Program-made: the position numbers and the translations under genes
In this document: positions 9,247 through 18,238 of the stretch, one piece after another
Layout of the letters: each line of letters starts with the position of its first letter
Numbering within the stretch: position 1 is the first letter of the stretch
Origin: a virus
Lineage: Duplodnaviria > Heunggongvirae > Uroviricota > Caudoviricetes
Length of the DNA stretch: 64,000 nucleotides
Virus record (IMG/VR): IMGVR_UViG_3300029267_003207
Strand: one strand, 5' to 3'
Notes under the pieces: generated by a model
Told to the model about the DNA's origin: nothing
What the model saw: only the letters and a program-made list of their open reading frames with translations
Databases searched by the model: none

Positions 9247-9798
9247 TTAAGTCATTTTGCAAGAACAAAGTTTCTCAACTTGCCAAAAAACCAAAATTTT
9301 TTCATGCTCGAAAATGTAATCTAACGTATAAGTGCATCCTTTTGGGTCATAAACCAGTTTACCGTCCGTGGCAACAGCATGGGTCTTGCCATTTTTTCGT
9401 TTGAGACCAATTACACCAATACAAGTTATATAGTCTCTAAGGTTTATGTCCCAAGCTTCCTCGTTGTTAGAGTAACACTCCTTACCGAAATGTGTGATTG
9501 CGGCATACCGCTTTGATAAAGCATAGTCTGTCATTTCCTGGGCATGGTATCCTTGTGATCCGTCATGACCACAGAACTTCTGCACCTCTTCTAATGAGGT
9601 ATCAGTGACCATTGCGAACGCGGCACCCATACAATCTTTGTTGTTGCTGCCTTTAACTAGTTTCATTTTAACCTTTTTGGTAGATACGAACGTAATCACG
9701 TAGATTGAACTCGAAAGTTCTACTGCTGTCAAGCTCAGTATGGTAGCAGTCCAAGCATTTGCTCCCTTTTGCGCAATGTCTGCACACTTTAGCACCAC
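9247..9798 (-). CDS. putative papain-like (C39-like) cysteine peptidase; true start probably at internal Met (~9669)
   Basis: DCMGAAFAMV resembles the C39 Cys motif and GKTHAVATDG supplies a His. The upstream part of the 183-aa ORF overlaps the 9668..9901 ORF. Confidence 0.35.
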   Translation of the reverse strand: MVLKCADIAQKGANAWTATILSLTAVELSSSIYVITFVSTKKVKMKLVKGSNNKDCMGAAFAMVTDTSLEEVQKFCGHDGSQGYHAQEMTDYALSKRYAAITHFGKECYSNNEEAWDINLRDYITCIGVIGLKRKNGKTHAVATDGKLVYDPKGCTYTLDYIFEHEKILVFWQVEKLCSCKMT

Positions 9799-9901
9799 AA
9801 ATGATACAAGTAATCAAGTTGCCTGGAGTTGACTGGCAGCACTCACATTTTAACATTATACTACAACCTCTACTCTCTCTGGGTCTGGGGAATACGCACA
9901 A
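9668..9901 (-). CDS. Cys-rich zinc-finger protein
   Basis: CECC..C..C..CGAKVCRHC..C..C: about 12 Cys in 77 aa. Confidence 0.35.
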   Translation of the reverse strand: MCVFPRPRESRGCSIMLKCECCQSTPGNLITCIICGAKVCRHCAKGSKCLDCYHTELDSSRTFEFNLRDYVRIYQKG

Positions 9902-10041
9902 TCTGTCACTTCAATTACAATTCGTTCTGGCTCTTGATCTACCATTTGGCAAAAATTTTCTATAGCCTCCTCACTAGTGTTGGCTTCTATTCTATAAACT
10001 TGATGCGCGACTATTGGAACATAGATATCATAGCTTTTCAT
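9856..10041 (-). CDS. hypothetical small acidic protein
   Basis: 61-aa ORF. Confidence 0.3.
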   Translation of the reverse strand: MKSYDIYVPIVAHQVYRIEANTSEEAIENFCQMVDQEPERIVIEVTDCAYSPDPERVEVVV

Positions 10042-10418
10042 TCGAATTCTTCCATTATCTTATCGACATTCATTTCATCATCCCATTGAGGCTTCCAGTA
10101 TTCGCGCCAATTAGGAGGTTCAAACAGCTTGTCATACTCTTCTTCGCTTGTCAGAATCCAAATCCCTAACCCATACTTTTCCCAAGTTGGGAACTTAATC
10201 TTTTGTGCTCTTGTGAAGACATAACTAATAGGATTTTTAACCTCTAACCACCTGGGACCATATTTTGGATGGAATACATAGAGATCAGGAATCCCAGATT
10301 GAAAAGCCCCACCAACCATACGTTCCACAAGCCAGCCGCGATCACGTAAATAATTAACGATGCGTGATTGAATTCCATACTCAGGGCCGTGCTTGGGGCG
10401 TATTTTTATTGGGTCCAT
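10038..10418 (-). CDS. VRR-NUC / PD-(D/E)XK-type nuclease
   Basis: GIPDLYVF...RWLEVK matches the VRR-NUC core (PD..(D/E)xK). Confidence 0.5.
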   Translation of the reverse strand: MDPIKIRPKHGPEYGIQSRIVNYLRDRGWLVERMVGGAFQSGIPDLYVFHPKYGPRWLEVKNPISYVFTRAQKIKFPTWEKYGLGIWILTSEEEYDKLFEPPNWREYWKPQWDDEMNVDKIMEEFE

Positions 10419-10825
10419 TACTTACCTGTTGATCCAAAGCCACCAAAAGCTCGTTCTGTTACATTTAGCTCATCTACTTCATCAAAGAATATAGTAGGCT
10501 GTTGAATCACAATAGCTTGAGCAATTCGATCTCCTCTTTTAATACGGTATAGTGGGCCGTTGTTTCGAAGAAGCACTTTCCATTCTCCTCTATACGTTTC
10601 ATCAATGACTCCCGCTCGAACCTCGATTCCATTCAAAGCCATACTAGAGCGGTCTTTAAGAAGAATTACACCATTCTTAAAAGAAGAAGAAACACCGGTA
10701 CTGACAAGCCTCAGATCATTCTCCCATAAAATAGCATCTTCATCAGCATAGATGTCAAAGCCATTACCTTTATTACGGGTTGGAACCTTAGCAGTTGGCG
10801 TCAGAAGCTTAATTCGTACTTTCAT
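10418..10825 (-). CDS. dut: dUTP diphosphatase (dUTPase); start at internal Met MKVRIK
   Basis: dUTPase motifs NGFDIYA, RSS, GVIDETYRGE, GDRIAQ and C-terminal RAFGGFGSTGK. Confidence 0.85.
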   Translation of the reverse strand: MKVRIKLLTPTAKVPTRNKGNGFDIYADEDAILWENDLRLVSTGVSSSFKNGVILLKDRSSMALNGIEVRAGVIDETYRGEWKVLLRNNGPLYRIKRGDRIAQAIVIQQPTIFFDEVDELNVTERAFGGFGSTGK

Positions 10826-11876
10826 GCTTCTCTCCTGGATCAAACAACATGTCTTCATTCTTCTCACTTCGTGCATAATAGTCGGCACTCACACTCTTTA
10901 CAATACATCTGCCGAGAGTGCCGTGATACCGTGGAATAGTGGGCTTGATTACAATACCTTCGCGGCCATCAAAATGTTGTGATGGTTGCAAATGAGTTTT
11001 ACCGCAAGTGAACTCTTCGATCAAGTTTGCAAAATATGGGCCGATGTATAGAACCGGTACATGGGGCAAATTATGCTCCTGACAAAACTTATATGTATCA
11101 CAAGGAGGCAAAAACTCACCATTAACCATAATGTCAAACAGAATATAGGTTGGTTCGGTTCCATAGTCCATATCTTGAACACCGGCACCGTAGACTTCAC
11201 CATAGAAAACTACATCACCTTCAAACTCATTGAGAGCATCTATGAGTTTACTGTCCCTTAGCGGTACGTCATAGATTCCCGCATCATCAAGCTTTCGGCG
11301 AACATTATGGCTCCCTACACAAATTTCATCCTTGATTCGACCCACACGGAAGTTAGTGCCATGGACCTTTTCAGTAATAATGATAGCACTACCTTGAAGA
11401 GAATCCTCAAATTCTTTTTTGAATCTCCAGTAATGTTGTATTCCAGTATACTTGAAGAATCCCTCCTTCTTTTGAGCAGGGGCGCCGCCAGGCATTTTCA
11501 TTGGAGGCTGATACTTCTTGGCTTTAAAATAAGAGGTAAGAATCTCACCCTCTTCGCTAACACCGTGATTGCTAGCTTTATCAATAAAGCCATAAGACGG
11601 AATACCGCGAAGCTTAGCGGCGTAAATACAACACGGAACCCACTTAACACCATCATATCGAGAATGTTTTAGATACTTAGACACTCCAAGCTTCTCGGAA
11701 ACATCCTCTGGAATCATCAAATCAGGTGGAAAATAAATGACCAAATCGCCGACAGCATACTCACCCTTGGGCGCACAAACCTGCGTCCCAAAAATCTTAA
11801 CAATTTCAAGTCGATCAGCATAAGGATGAGTATGTACACTAGTTACACGTGTTGTGTAAATTCCAATGTCAGACAT
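10809..11876 (-). CDS. RNA ligase (Rnl2/Rnl5-like nucleotidyltransferase) with N-terminal tRNA-binding-type OB domain
   Basis: N-terminal HTHPYADRLEIVKIFG resembles the Trbp111/CsaA/EMAPII tRNA-binding OB motif (HPxADxL). Central TEKVHGTNFRVG is the Rnl2-type lysine-adenylylation motif I (KxHGxN). Confidence 0.6.
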   Translation of the reverse strand: MSDIGIYTTRVTSVHTHPYADRLEIVKIFGTQVCAPKGEYAVGDLVIYFPPDLMIPEDVSEKLGVSKYLKHSRYDGVKWVPCCIYAAKLRGIPSYGFIDKASNHGVSEEGEILTSYFKAKKYQPPMKMPGGAPAQKKEGFFKYTGIQHYWRFKKEFEDSLQGSAIIITEKVHGTNFRVGRIKDEICVGSHNVRRKLDDAGIYDVPLRDSKLIDALNEFEGDVVFYGEVYGAGVQDMDYGTEPTYILFDIMVNGEFLPPCDTYKFCQEHNLPHVPVLYIGPYFANLIEEFTCGKTHLQPSQHFDGREGIVIKPTIPRYHGTLGRCIVKSVSADYYARSEKNEDMLFDPGEKHESTN

Positions 11877-11877
11877 T

Positions 11878-12150
11878 CTAGTCTCCTAAATACCAAAGAT
11901 CACGAAGTCGAGTCCAGGTTGGTTTGTTAATATCCGGGTGCCCAAGAGCTTCGGGGTTGGTTTTCAGTTTGTGAAAAGCTTCCTCTACATCTGTCTCAAT
12001 AAGATAGCGCTGGCCAGCCGGAATTGAGAACCAATTGTTAATCAACCATTCCACATGTTCAGTTACTGCATATGTGTCACGTCCAAGTAGGTATCGTGTA
12101 GACTGGTGGATCATTCTTGCGGGAAGTTTCATTTCTACATCACTAGACAT
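11878..12150 (-). CDS. hypothetical protein (start taken at internal Met)
   Basis: Taking the internal start removes the 143-bp out-of-frame overlap with the upstream ORF. Confidence 0.3.
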   Translation of the reverse strand: MSSDVEMKLPARMIHQSTRYLLGRDTYAVTEHVEWLINNWFSIPAGQRYLIETDVEEAFHKLKTNPEALGHPDINKPTWTRLRDLWYLGD

Positions 12151-12697
12151 TATCTTTCCTCTCATAATAAGGGCAGTTCTCGGCATCTCTGTTTGTCCAA
12201 CCCGAATTGTTAATATAATAATTAGTATCTTGATATCTTGCGCAGGTTTTTCTTTTCTGGCAGTTTTCAAGTTTGCATCCGGCAAATTCAGGAATAAACT
12301 TAGGAAAATAAAAAGGGCAATTTACTGCATCTTCTACCAAAACATACGTAAAAGGGCCTTTATATTCGCTTTTCGGCAAATATCTTTCACAAGTTTTTCT
12401 ACGTGTGCAATCGGATCGGTTGCAAAAACTAATATCTCTCATTTTATTTATGTGGTTAGCTGCGGTTCTTGATTCGTTTTTTTGGTGAGACCCAACACAT
12501 TTTTCAACGATAAGTGAATTTACCCGTTTAAATCGCTCTCTACCCCAAAATTCTATATCAACTGTGACAATATGGGTGAAAGACTTACTGAAACGTTTTA
12601 ACTCTTTTGGTGTGATGACTTTATAAACTAATACACTTTTTTCAAAGTAGAAATCACCTGGTTCAAGTCTATTTGGATGGATAAGAATTGCTCTCAT
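12143..12697 (-). CDS. hypothetical protein with tandem Cx4Cx4TCxRY zinc-knuckle-like repeats
   Basis: CNRSDCTRRKTCERYL and CKLENCQKRKTCARYQ repeats. Confidence 0.45.
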   Translation of the reverse strand: MRAILIHPNRLEPGDFYFEKSVLVYKVITPKELKRFSKSFTHIVTVDIEFWGRERFKRVNSLIVEKCVGSHQKNESRTAANHINKMRDISFCNRSDCTRRKTCERYLPKSEYKGPFTYVLVEDAVNCPFYFPKFIPEFAGCKLENCQKRKTCARYQDTNYYINNSGWTNRDAENCPYYERKDNV

Positions 12698-12856
12698 CTA
12701 CAATCTCCCAATGACCACATTAGCATGGAAACAAAAAAAACACTATTTTTTCAACAGGCCAATCGGACACCGACGCACATAATTCGCCTTTTTTCGGCCA
12801 AGCTTTTAATTCCTTATGGATGATTGCTTCCATTTCTTTACAACAATACGGGCACT

Positions 12857-13078
12857 TCATTTTGGCGTCCAGCATTTGTACATTTCACGGTGACCGCAGT
12901 TGAAACAATAACAATCTACTTCTGTGCATTCGCCGGTTGGTTTATCTGACTTGACATAAACATAAGAGTCGCCTTGTTTCATAGGCTTTCCATAATGTAG
13001 CTTTGTTTCGGTTGAAACTTTTCTAGTTTTACCGCAATTAGGGCATTCAGACTGAAACTTCATTACCGACACCGCCAC
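12857..13078 (-). CDS. zinc-ribbon protein
   Basis: CPNCG...CFNCGH Cys pairs. Confidence 0.4.
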   Translation of the reverse strand: MAVSVMKFQSECPNCGKTRKVSTETKLHYGKPMKQGDSYVYVKSDKPTGECTEVDCYCFNCGHREMYKCWTPK

Positions 13079-15392
13079 CTTTTTGACTCCAGTTTTTCAT
13101 CTCTTTGACCCAGTCCATTCCAATGAGAGGTATATACTTTCTATAGTGGGCGACTCGATCTCTAACAACGTCCACAACTTTATCGATGTACTCTGGCTTA
13201 TTTACAACCATTACTTCATCATGGATATTCATCGGGGCAACACACCATTCATTAAATCCAGTTGGTTGTAAATCCCAAATATGTCGCTGAACATCTTTTG
13301 TCACTTGGGCGCCAATCGACTGGATCAAGTGATTTCCAGCGGCCCTAACATTTGTTGATTGAATTGCAAAAGCAGCACCATAAAGAGCGCTACTAACAGC
13401 ACCGGCAGCAGTTTGTAATCGATCTCGGCGACACACTTTAACATCGACTTGTCGCCAGTGTTTGGGCATATTTCGAGCAAGATCAAACAAAGCCTTACAA
13501 CATTCATTTTCAAGCGTGAAGTATCGACGGAAACCAAGAATAGTTTCAACATATTCGGCTGGCTCATTCCACTTAACTTCTGAGCCAATTCCCCCTGGTT
13601 GAGTCATGGCTTGAAACTGGTTGGCTACTCTTTCGCGAGTTTTCTTAATTCCAGGGTATTTTCTCTGAAAATCTTCGAAAGCATCTTCAGCAACATCAAG
13701 CGGAATAGCAAGCTTTTGGTGGATGGTATTATGGTCTCCCCCATAGAGCATCGCGAACACAGCTTGTTTTCCCCGTGTGTACTTGTCAAAATCTGTGCCC
13801 TTCGATTTAACGATGTCATCGTAACTGTCATCTGGGTACAAACTTTCGCCCATTAGAGCGTGAATTTTTTTTCCAGCTAATAGGTCTTTATGCAGCTTTT
13901 CATCCTTAAAAACCGCGTCAGCAATAGTAATCTCGAAGCTTGAAAAGTCCCCACCACTTAGTTTCATTTCATCCCATGCCAAAGGAAATACTTTACGGAC
14001 GTAATCTGCGTGCTTGATGCCCTGTGGGTTGAGCCCATCACCGCCACTCATTCGTGACGACATAGTTCCAATGACCTTGAAACTTGCGTGAAAACGTCCT
14101 GCTGTTAGAAGCTTATCATAAAGCTCAACTTCCTTAATAGCTTCTTTTGCTTCAAGAATAGTCTTAGCTCTAAGAGCAACAGGCATAGGGCCGGGCTTTA
14201 ATTCACCTTTGCCATCACATCGGGGGCAGCCTTCGCCCATACACTTCAAGCAAATCTCGTCCTCTTCAATGACAAAATCACGAATCTGTTCAATGTTTGC
14301 CTTCTGTGTGCTATCTTCAATCAGCAAAGCCTCGGTTTCATCCATACACTCTTTGAGATAATCCCGCACTTCGCTGGGCTTAGTGATAGTTATTGGAGAT
14401 GAATCAACCTTGGCTTGTGCTTTGTCACGTAAACTGGACATGGCTTCAATGTCAATCTCGAAACCGTGCCAACGTACAGCGGCAACAGCGCAAGACAAAA
14501 CACTATCGTCATCATCAACTTCAGGTCGGTCAAAATGGTCATACAAGTCCCTTGTGTAAACAACATCCATTTCCGCATATTTACGGGCGGGAATATTTTC
14601 GTGCCAATGGTCAATATGGTACTTAATCAAGGCTGGCCAAGCATACTGCGTCTTACCTTTTACAGCTACTTCCCATTTTGGGCCTTTGGCTATGGCTGAA
14701 GCAAAGGGCGCATAGCCAAGTTCAAAGGGCCGATACTTTTTGTCAAGCTCAATATCAGAAAAATGGAAGTCAGGCTTTTTCTTCAAAGCATGTTCGGCCA
14801 GATACTTTAAGCCACCGGCTGGATGAAAATTCAAAACTACATCCTTGAACTCAGAATCAACCAAACCGTTCTTAGTTCGGTCAAGAACTTTCCATTTTGG
14901 TGCGTTCTGGTCTTTTCGCCGTGCGAACATCAAATCATCAAACTTCATACGATTCTCAAGCTCGTCTGCCAGCAAGCGGGCCAAAGCAACAGGAACCTTC
15001 TTTATTCGAATAGGTTCCCGGTTCATTAGACACTGATATGGGCCTTTTCGGGTATGAAGCATGATGTCAAACGTGGACCTAGGGCTAAAACAGCCCTGAT
15101 CACGTCCAGCCGCCTCCAGAGAGGCTACTAGTTCGATATCCGACTCAGGTATCATACTACCTGGAAGGAGACTCCAGATCGTTCGTAGCTTGCACAGATG
15201 GAACCAATCAAAAGAATTATTAAACCCGATAAAACAGTTGTCGGCCACCTCATCTAAGAGGTCAATAGTCTTATTTACTGACTCTTTCCACGGCTCGTAA
15301 AGAACGACAGGCCCATCATCTACCGCATACTGTATAAGAACAGGCATTCCGTAAAGGCCACAAGTTTCAGTATCAAGATAATAATTCTTCAT
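13047..15392 (-). CDS. Family A DNA polymerase with 3'-5' exonuclease domain
   Basis: Exo I YYLDTETCGL; pol motif A GGDFSSFEITIA; motif B RGKQAVFAMLYGG; motif C NIHDEVMV. Confidence 0.9.
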   Translation of the reverse strand: MKNYYLDTETCGLYGMPVLIQYAVDDGPVVLYEPWKESVNKTIDLLDEVADNCFIGFNNSFDWFHLCKLRTIWSLLPGSMIPESDIELVASLEAAGRDQGCFSPRSTFDIMLHTRKGPYQCLMNREPIRIKKVPVALARLLADELENRMKFDDLMFARRKDQNAPKWKVLDRTKNGLVDSEFKDVVLNFHPAGGLKYLAEHALKKKPDFHFSDIELDKKYRPFELGYAPFASAIAKGPKWEVAVKGKTQYAWPALIKYHIDHWHENIPARKYAEMDVVYTRDLYDHFDRPEVDDDDSVLSCAVAAVRWHGFEIDIEAMSSLRDKAQAKVDSSPITITKPSEVRDYLKECMDETEALLIEDSTQKANIEQIRDFVIEEDEICLKCMGEGCPRCDGKGELKPGPMPVALRAKTILEAKEAIKEVELYDKLLTAGRFHASFKVIGTMSSRMSGGDGLNPQGIKHADYVRKVFPLAWDEMKLSGGDFSSFEITIADAVFKDEKLHKDLLAGKKIHALMGESLYPDDSYDDIVKSKGTDFDKYTRGKQAVFAMLYGGDHNTIHQKLAIPLDVAEDAFEDFQRKYPGIKKTRERVANQFQAMTQPGGIGSEVKWNEPAEYVETILGFRRYFTLENECCKALFDLARNMPKHWRQVDVKVCRRDRLQTAAGAVSSALYGAAFAIQSTNVRAAGNHLIQSIGAQVTKDVQRHIWDLQPTGFNEWCVAPMNIHDEVMVVNKPEYIDKVVDVVRDRVAHYRKYIPLIGMDWVKEMKNWSQKGGGVGNEVSV

Positions 15393-15447
15393 GTCTATAT
15401 TATACCAGGAAAAAAGAATTTGTCAAGGGTGTAAATTATTTATTTAC

Positions 15448-16266
15448 TTACTTTTTTCCCTCGACAGTTAAATCATACTCAAGTGCTTCGTCACTACTCA
15501 ACCCAATTAAATCAAATAAATGTGAAGTAACCACTTCTCCTTGAACCCACATCAATGCAGCAATCACATGTTTAAGAGCATCAGAAGAATCTCTCTGTAG
15601 TAAATAAGTAACTAATTCACTCGTTCTTTTTTTTCTATCTTTTAATTTATTATCCTCTTCACTAGTCAGTTCCTTGACTCTATCGGCTCTACGTTTCAGA
15701 ATTTTCTTTGCCTCAGAAGTGATTACTGTATCCGGCTTGTTTTTATAGAACCGTATGAGTTTTTTAACTTCTTTTAAAGACAAGTTTCCAGACTCAACCA
15801 TCATTTTAACTTCGTCTGGAAGTAGCAGAAAATCTCTCCTAATAGCCACCCAGTCTTTGCTTCTATTTAGTCTTCGTGCTATTTCTAAAATACTGACATT
15901 GGTTCTTAGAAGCTTATCGACAACTACCGCTTCCTCGCTTATGCTTAGATTTTCTCTGATTAAGTTCTCTGTAAAATTGATCTCTTCTGAATCTTCTCTG
16001 TTTACTGGAGTAACTAATTTTGCAGGGATGGAGTCTCGCTTTAGAAGATATTTAAAGGCAATATACCTTCTAAAACCAGCTAATAGAACATAAGTGGCTT
16101 TTACTCCATCTTGTTTTGTAGCTCTTCGAACAATAACAGGTTGTAGAAGACCGTGCTTCTTTATACTTTCGGCCAGCCCTCTACAAGAAGATGGTGTTAT
16201 TTCAAACCTACAATTGAACATTTGATTAACATGTATCTTGTCCAAAGGGCACTTAAATTGTCTCAT
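15448..16266 (-). CDS. ParB-like nuclease domain protein
   Basis: LLQPVIVRR...YVLLAGFRRYIA matches the ParB/Srx N-terminal domain. Confidence 0.65.
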   Translation of the reverse strand: MRQFKCPLDKIHVNQMFNCRFEITPSSCRGLAESIKKHGLLQPVIVRRATKQDGVKATYVLLAGFRRYIAFKYLLKRDSIPAKLVTPVNREDSEEINFTENLIRENLSISEEAVVVDKLLRTNVSILEIARRLNRSKDWVAIRRDFLLLPDEVKMMVESGNLSLKEVKKLIRFYKNKPDTVITSEAKKILKRRADRVKELTSEEDNKLKDRKKRTSELVTYLLQRDSSDALKHVIAALMWVQGEVVTSHLFDLIGLSSDEALEYDLTVEGKK

Positions 16267-17503
16267 TGTCTACCTCTATTTTGTACCGTTTCGGTCCTTC
16301 TAACTCAGCTTCTTGATCTCTAAGCTTAACAGGAAGTCGCCAAGTTACTCCGTGTTTCTCATTAACTCCGTGTATAAGCTGAATAGGCTCTGACATTTTA
16401 CCTAGAGAATTATAGGCATAAGCATCAGTTGCTACCCAAGCACCATTTACTAACTGCTCCCCATCAACACCACTAATACTAGCTGGTGTATGAAAATGCC
16501 CGCAACAGAAGTATCGATTATTTGGGCGAATATCCTTCTGACGCATTAGAAGTTGGAATCGCTGTTGACGGCGTTCAAGTCCGTACCAAGGAATTCCTAG
16601 ACTGCTTCTGACATCATCGCCATGAGAAAGATTGAACAGATTATTTTCAACCAGTATATTAAAAGTGAAAGTATCCGGAATAAGAAACCCTACGTTTTTC
16701 AAATCTCTACAATGTAACTCAGCTATCTTTGCGATCAAATAATCCCAGTTATCATGTGCGCCATGGTAATCCTTTTTCTTTGATCTACGCCCATGGTTAC
16801 CTGGAACATACACGACATTTATATCTTGAAAATATGTGGATAAGTCACGGTACATAAGAGCATGTAACTCACCAATTGCAAGGCAATTTTTGAATTGGTT
16901 CTTGAACTCACTTCGCGTGACGGCACCATGAATCTCTCCACTTGTGAAATCACCATAGCAAAGAATAGTAAGCTTTGGGAAACTATAGCTGTTAGCTAAA
17001 GTAGTTTGTGTCCACTTCAAAACAGTGTCAACATACTTCTCAGCCCTGCAACAACTCACAGAGAAATCGTGCTTCTCAAGACCACCGCATTCACTAGGAA
17101 CGACAATTTGGTCGTGGTGACCATCAGACATGTGCATAACTAGATGCTCAGTCAGCCGCCCTTTAGGTTTGCTCACAGCCTTCAATGGTGGCGATTCGAA
17201 TGGTTCTATAACATCTACAAGCTCATCTACAATACAATCAAACAAACCTTGTTGCTTTGCTGCTTCCTTCAGCTTCTTTAGAGCTAGATTTCGTTCAAGC
17301 TTTAGATGTAGAATTTCCGTTTTCAGCTTGTCAATTTCTGACGTATCCTCATTTAGGGATATACCGTCAACCAATCCTCGACATACATCTGATATATAAC
17401 TCCTACTGTAACCAAACTCCTCTCCAACTTCTTTTTGAGTTTTGCCTTCAGCTAGTCTTGCTTTAATCTTTAATAATTCTTCTTTGGTCATTTTTTCTCC
17501 CAA
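16253..17503 (-). CDS. HTH domain fused to calcineurin-like metallophosphoesterase
   Basis: N-terminal HTH (KTQKEVGEEFGYSRSYISDV). Phosphoesterase motifs MSDGHHD, CYGDFTSGEIHG, VPGNHG, CCGHFHTP. Confidence 0.6.
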   Translation of the reverse strand: MGEKMTKEELLKIKARLAEGKTQKEVGEEFGYSRSYISDVCRGLVDGISLNEDTSEIDKLKTEILHLKLERNLALKKLKEAAKQQGLFDCIVDELVDVIEPFESPPLKAVSKPKGRLTEHLVMHMSDGHHDQIVVPSECGGLEKHDFSVSCCRAEKYVDTVLKWTQTTLANSYSFPKLTILCYGDFTSGEIHGAVTRSEFKNQFKNCLAIGELHALMYRDLSTYFQDINVVYVPGNHGRRSKKKDYHGAHDNWDYLIAKIAELHCRDLKNVGFLIPDTFTFNILVENNLFNLSHGDDVRSSLGIPWYGLERRQQRFQLLMRQKDIRPNNRYFCCGHFHTPASISGVDGEQLVNGAWVATDAYAYNSLGKMSEPIQLIHGVNEKHGVTWRLPVKLRDQEAELEGPKRYKIEVDNETI

Positions 17504-18096
17504 ATAGGTGTCACTTTTTTACCTGTGTGCAATCGTTTGTGATCTCCCCTAGACAAAAGCATCAAATTTTCAGGTTGGTTATTTTGCCCATTTTCATCAA
17601 TGTGGTGTACTATTTCATTCTCTTTAAGCGGCCTTCCTAACTCTAATGCTACAACAAGTCTATGTTCAAATACTTCTCCTTTATTATTAGCCATGCTAGA
17701 AAAGCATTCAGGGCACTTAACATAAATATAATTAGATACAAAACCACCTTTCCAACTAGGATGTGTGCTTCCTTTCTTCAATTTGTGCCTAATTTTTGAA
17801 GAATTATCCCCTCTCCATATCGAAAGATCAATGCCATTGATTTCATATTCAAGTTGACTCTTCTTATCTGGGAATAAAGCTAAATTGGTAAGGGCGTTAT
17901 TTTTATTGTTTCCATCTAAATGAAAAACGCACTCTTCTTCTTTCAAGGAGCGACAAATTTCAATTGCAACAAGTAGCCTTGATTCCAAAACCCTGCCAGT
18001 GTACTTTACACGTTTAAGCACACTAGGTATCCTATAAAGAGACTTACCACAAACACTGCATACACAATTAGCCTCTCTAGTCATCAGTTGCCTCAA
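17488..18096 (-). CDS. HNH homing endonuclease (duplicated HNH_3-like module)
   Basis: EHRLVVALELGRPLKENEIVHHIDENGQNNQPENL plus a degenerate second copy; zinc ribbon CVCSVCG. Confidence 0.7.
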   Translation of the reverse strand: MRQLMTREANCVCSVCGKSLYRIPSVLKRVKYTGRVLESRLLVAIEICRSLKEEECVFHLDGNNKNNALTNLALFPDKKSQLEYEINGIDLSIWRGDNSSKIRHKLKKGSTHPSWKGGFVSNYIYVKCPECFSSMANNKGEVFEHRLVVALELGRPLKENEIVHHIDENGQNNQPENLMLLSRGDHKRLHTGKKVTPIWEKK

Positions 18097-18238
18097 AAAA
18101 AATTTCGAATGCCGGACTCAACCTGTTCAATGGTTGTTCGACTTGCTTCTAGTTTATCTAATCGCTCTTGTAGTTGGTTAAAGGCAGTTGTTAATAGCTA
18201 TACACCTTGTGATTGCCATAACTACCCACCCAATAAGA

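Noticed and set aside
13083-15036. Multiple 60-90-aa ORFs on both strands inside the DNA polymerase gene (for example 13325..13588, 14390..14626, 14823..15036)
   Set aside because: They are fully embedded in a long, motif-supported CDS, have low-complexity translations, and are not coupled to neighbours, so they are spurious frames. The same applies to the embedded ORFs inside the tape measure, tail paralogues, primase-helicase, SNF2 helicase and capsid genes.
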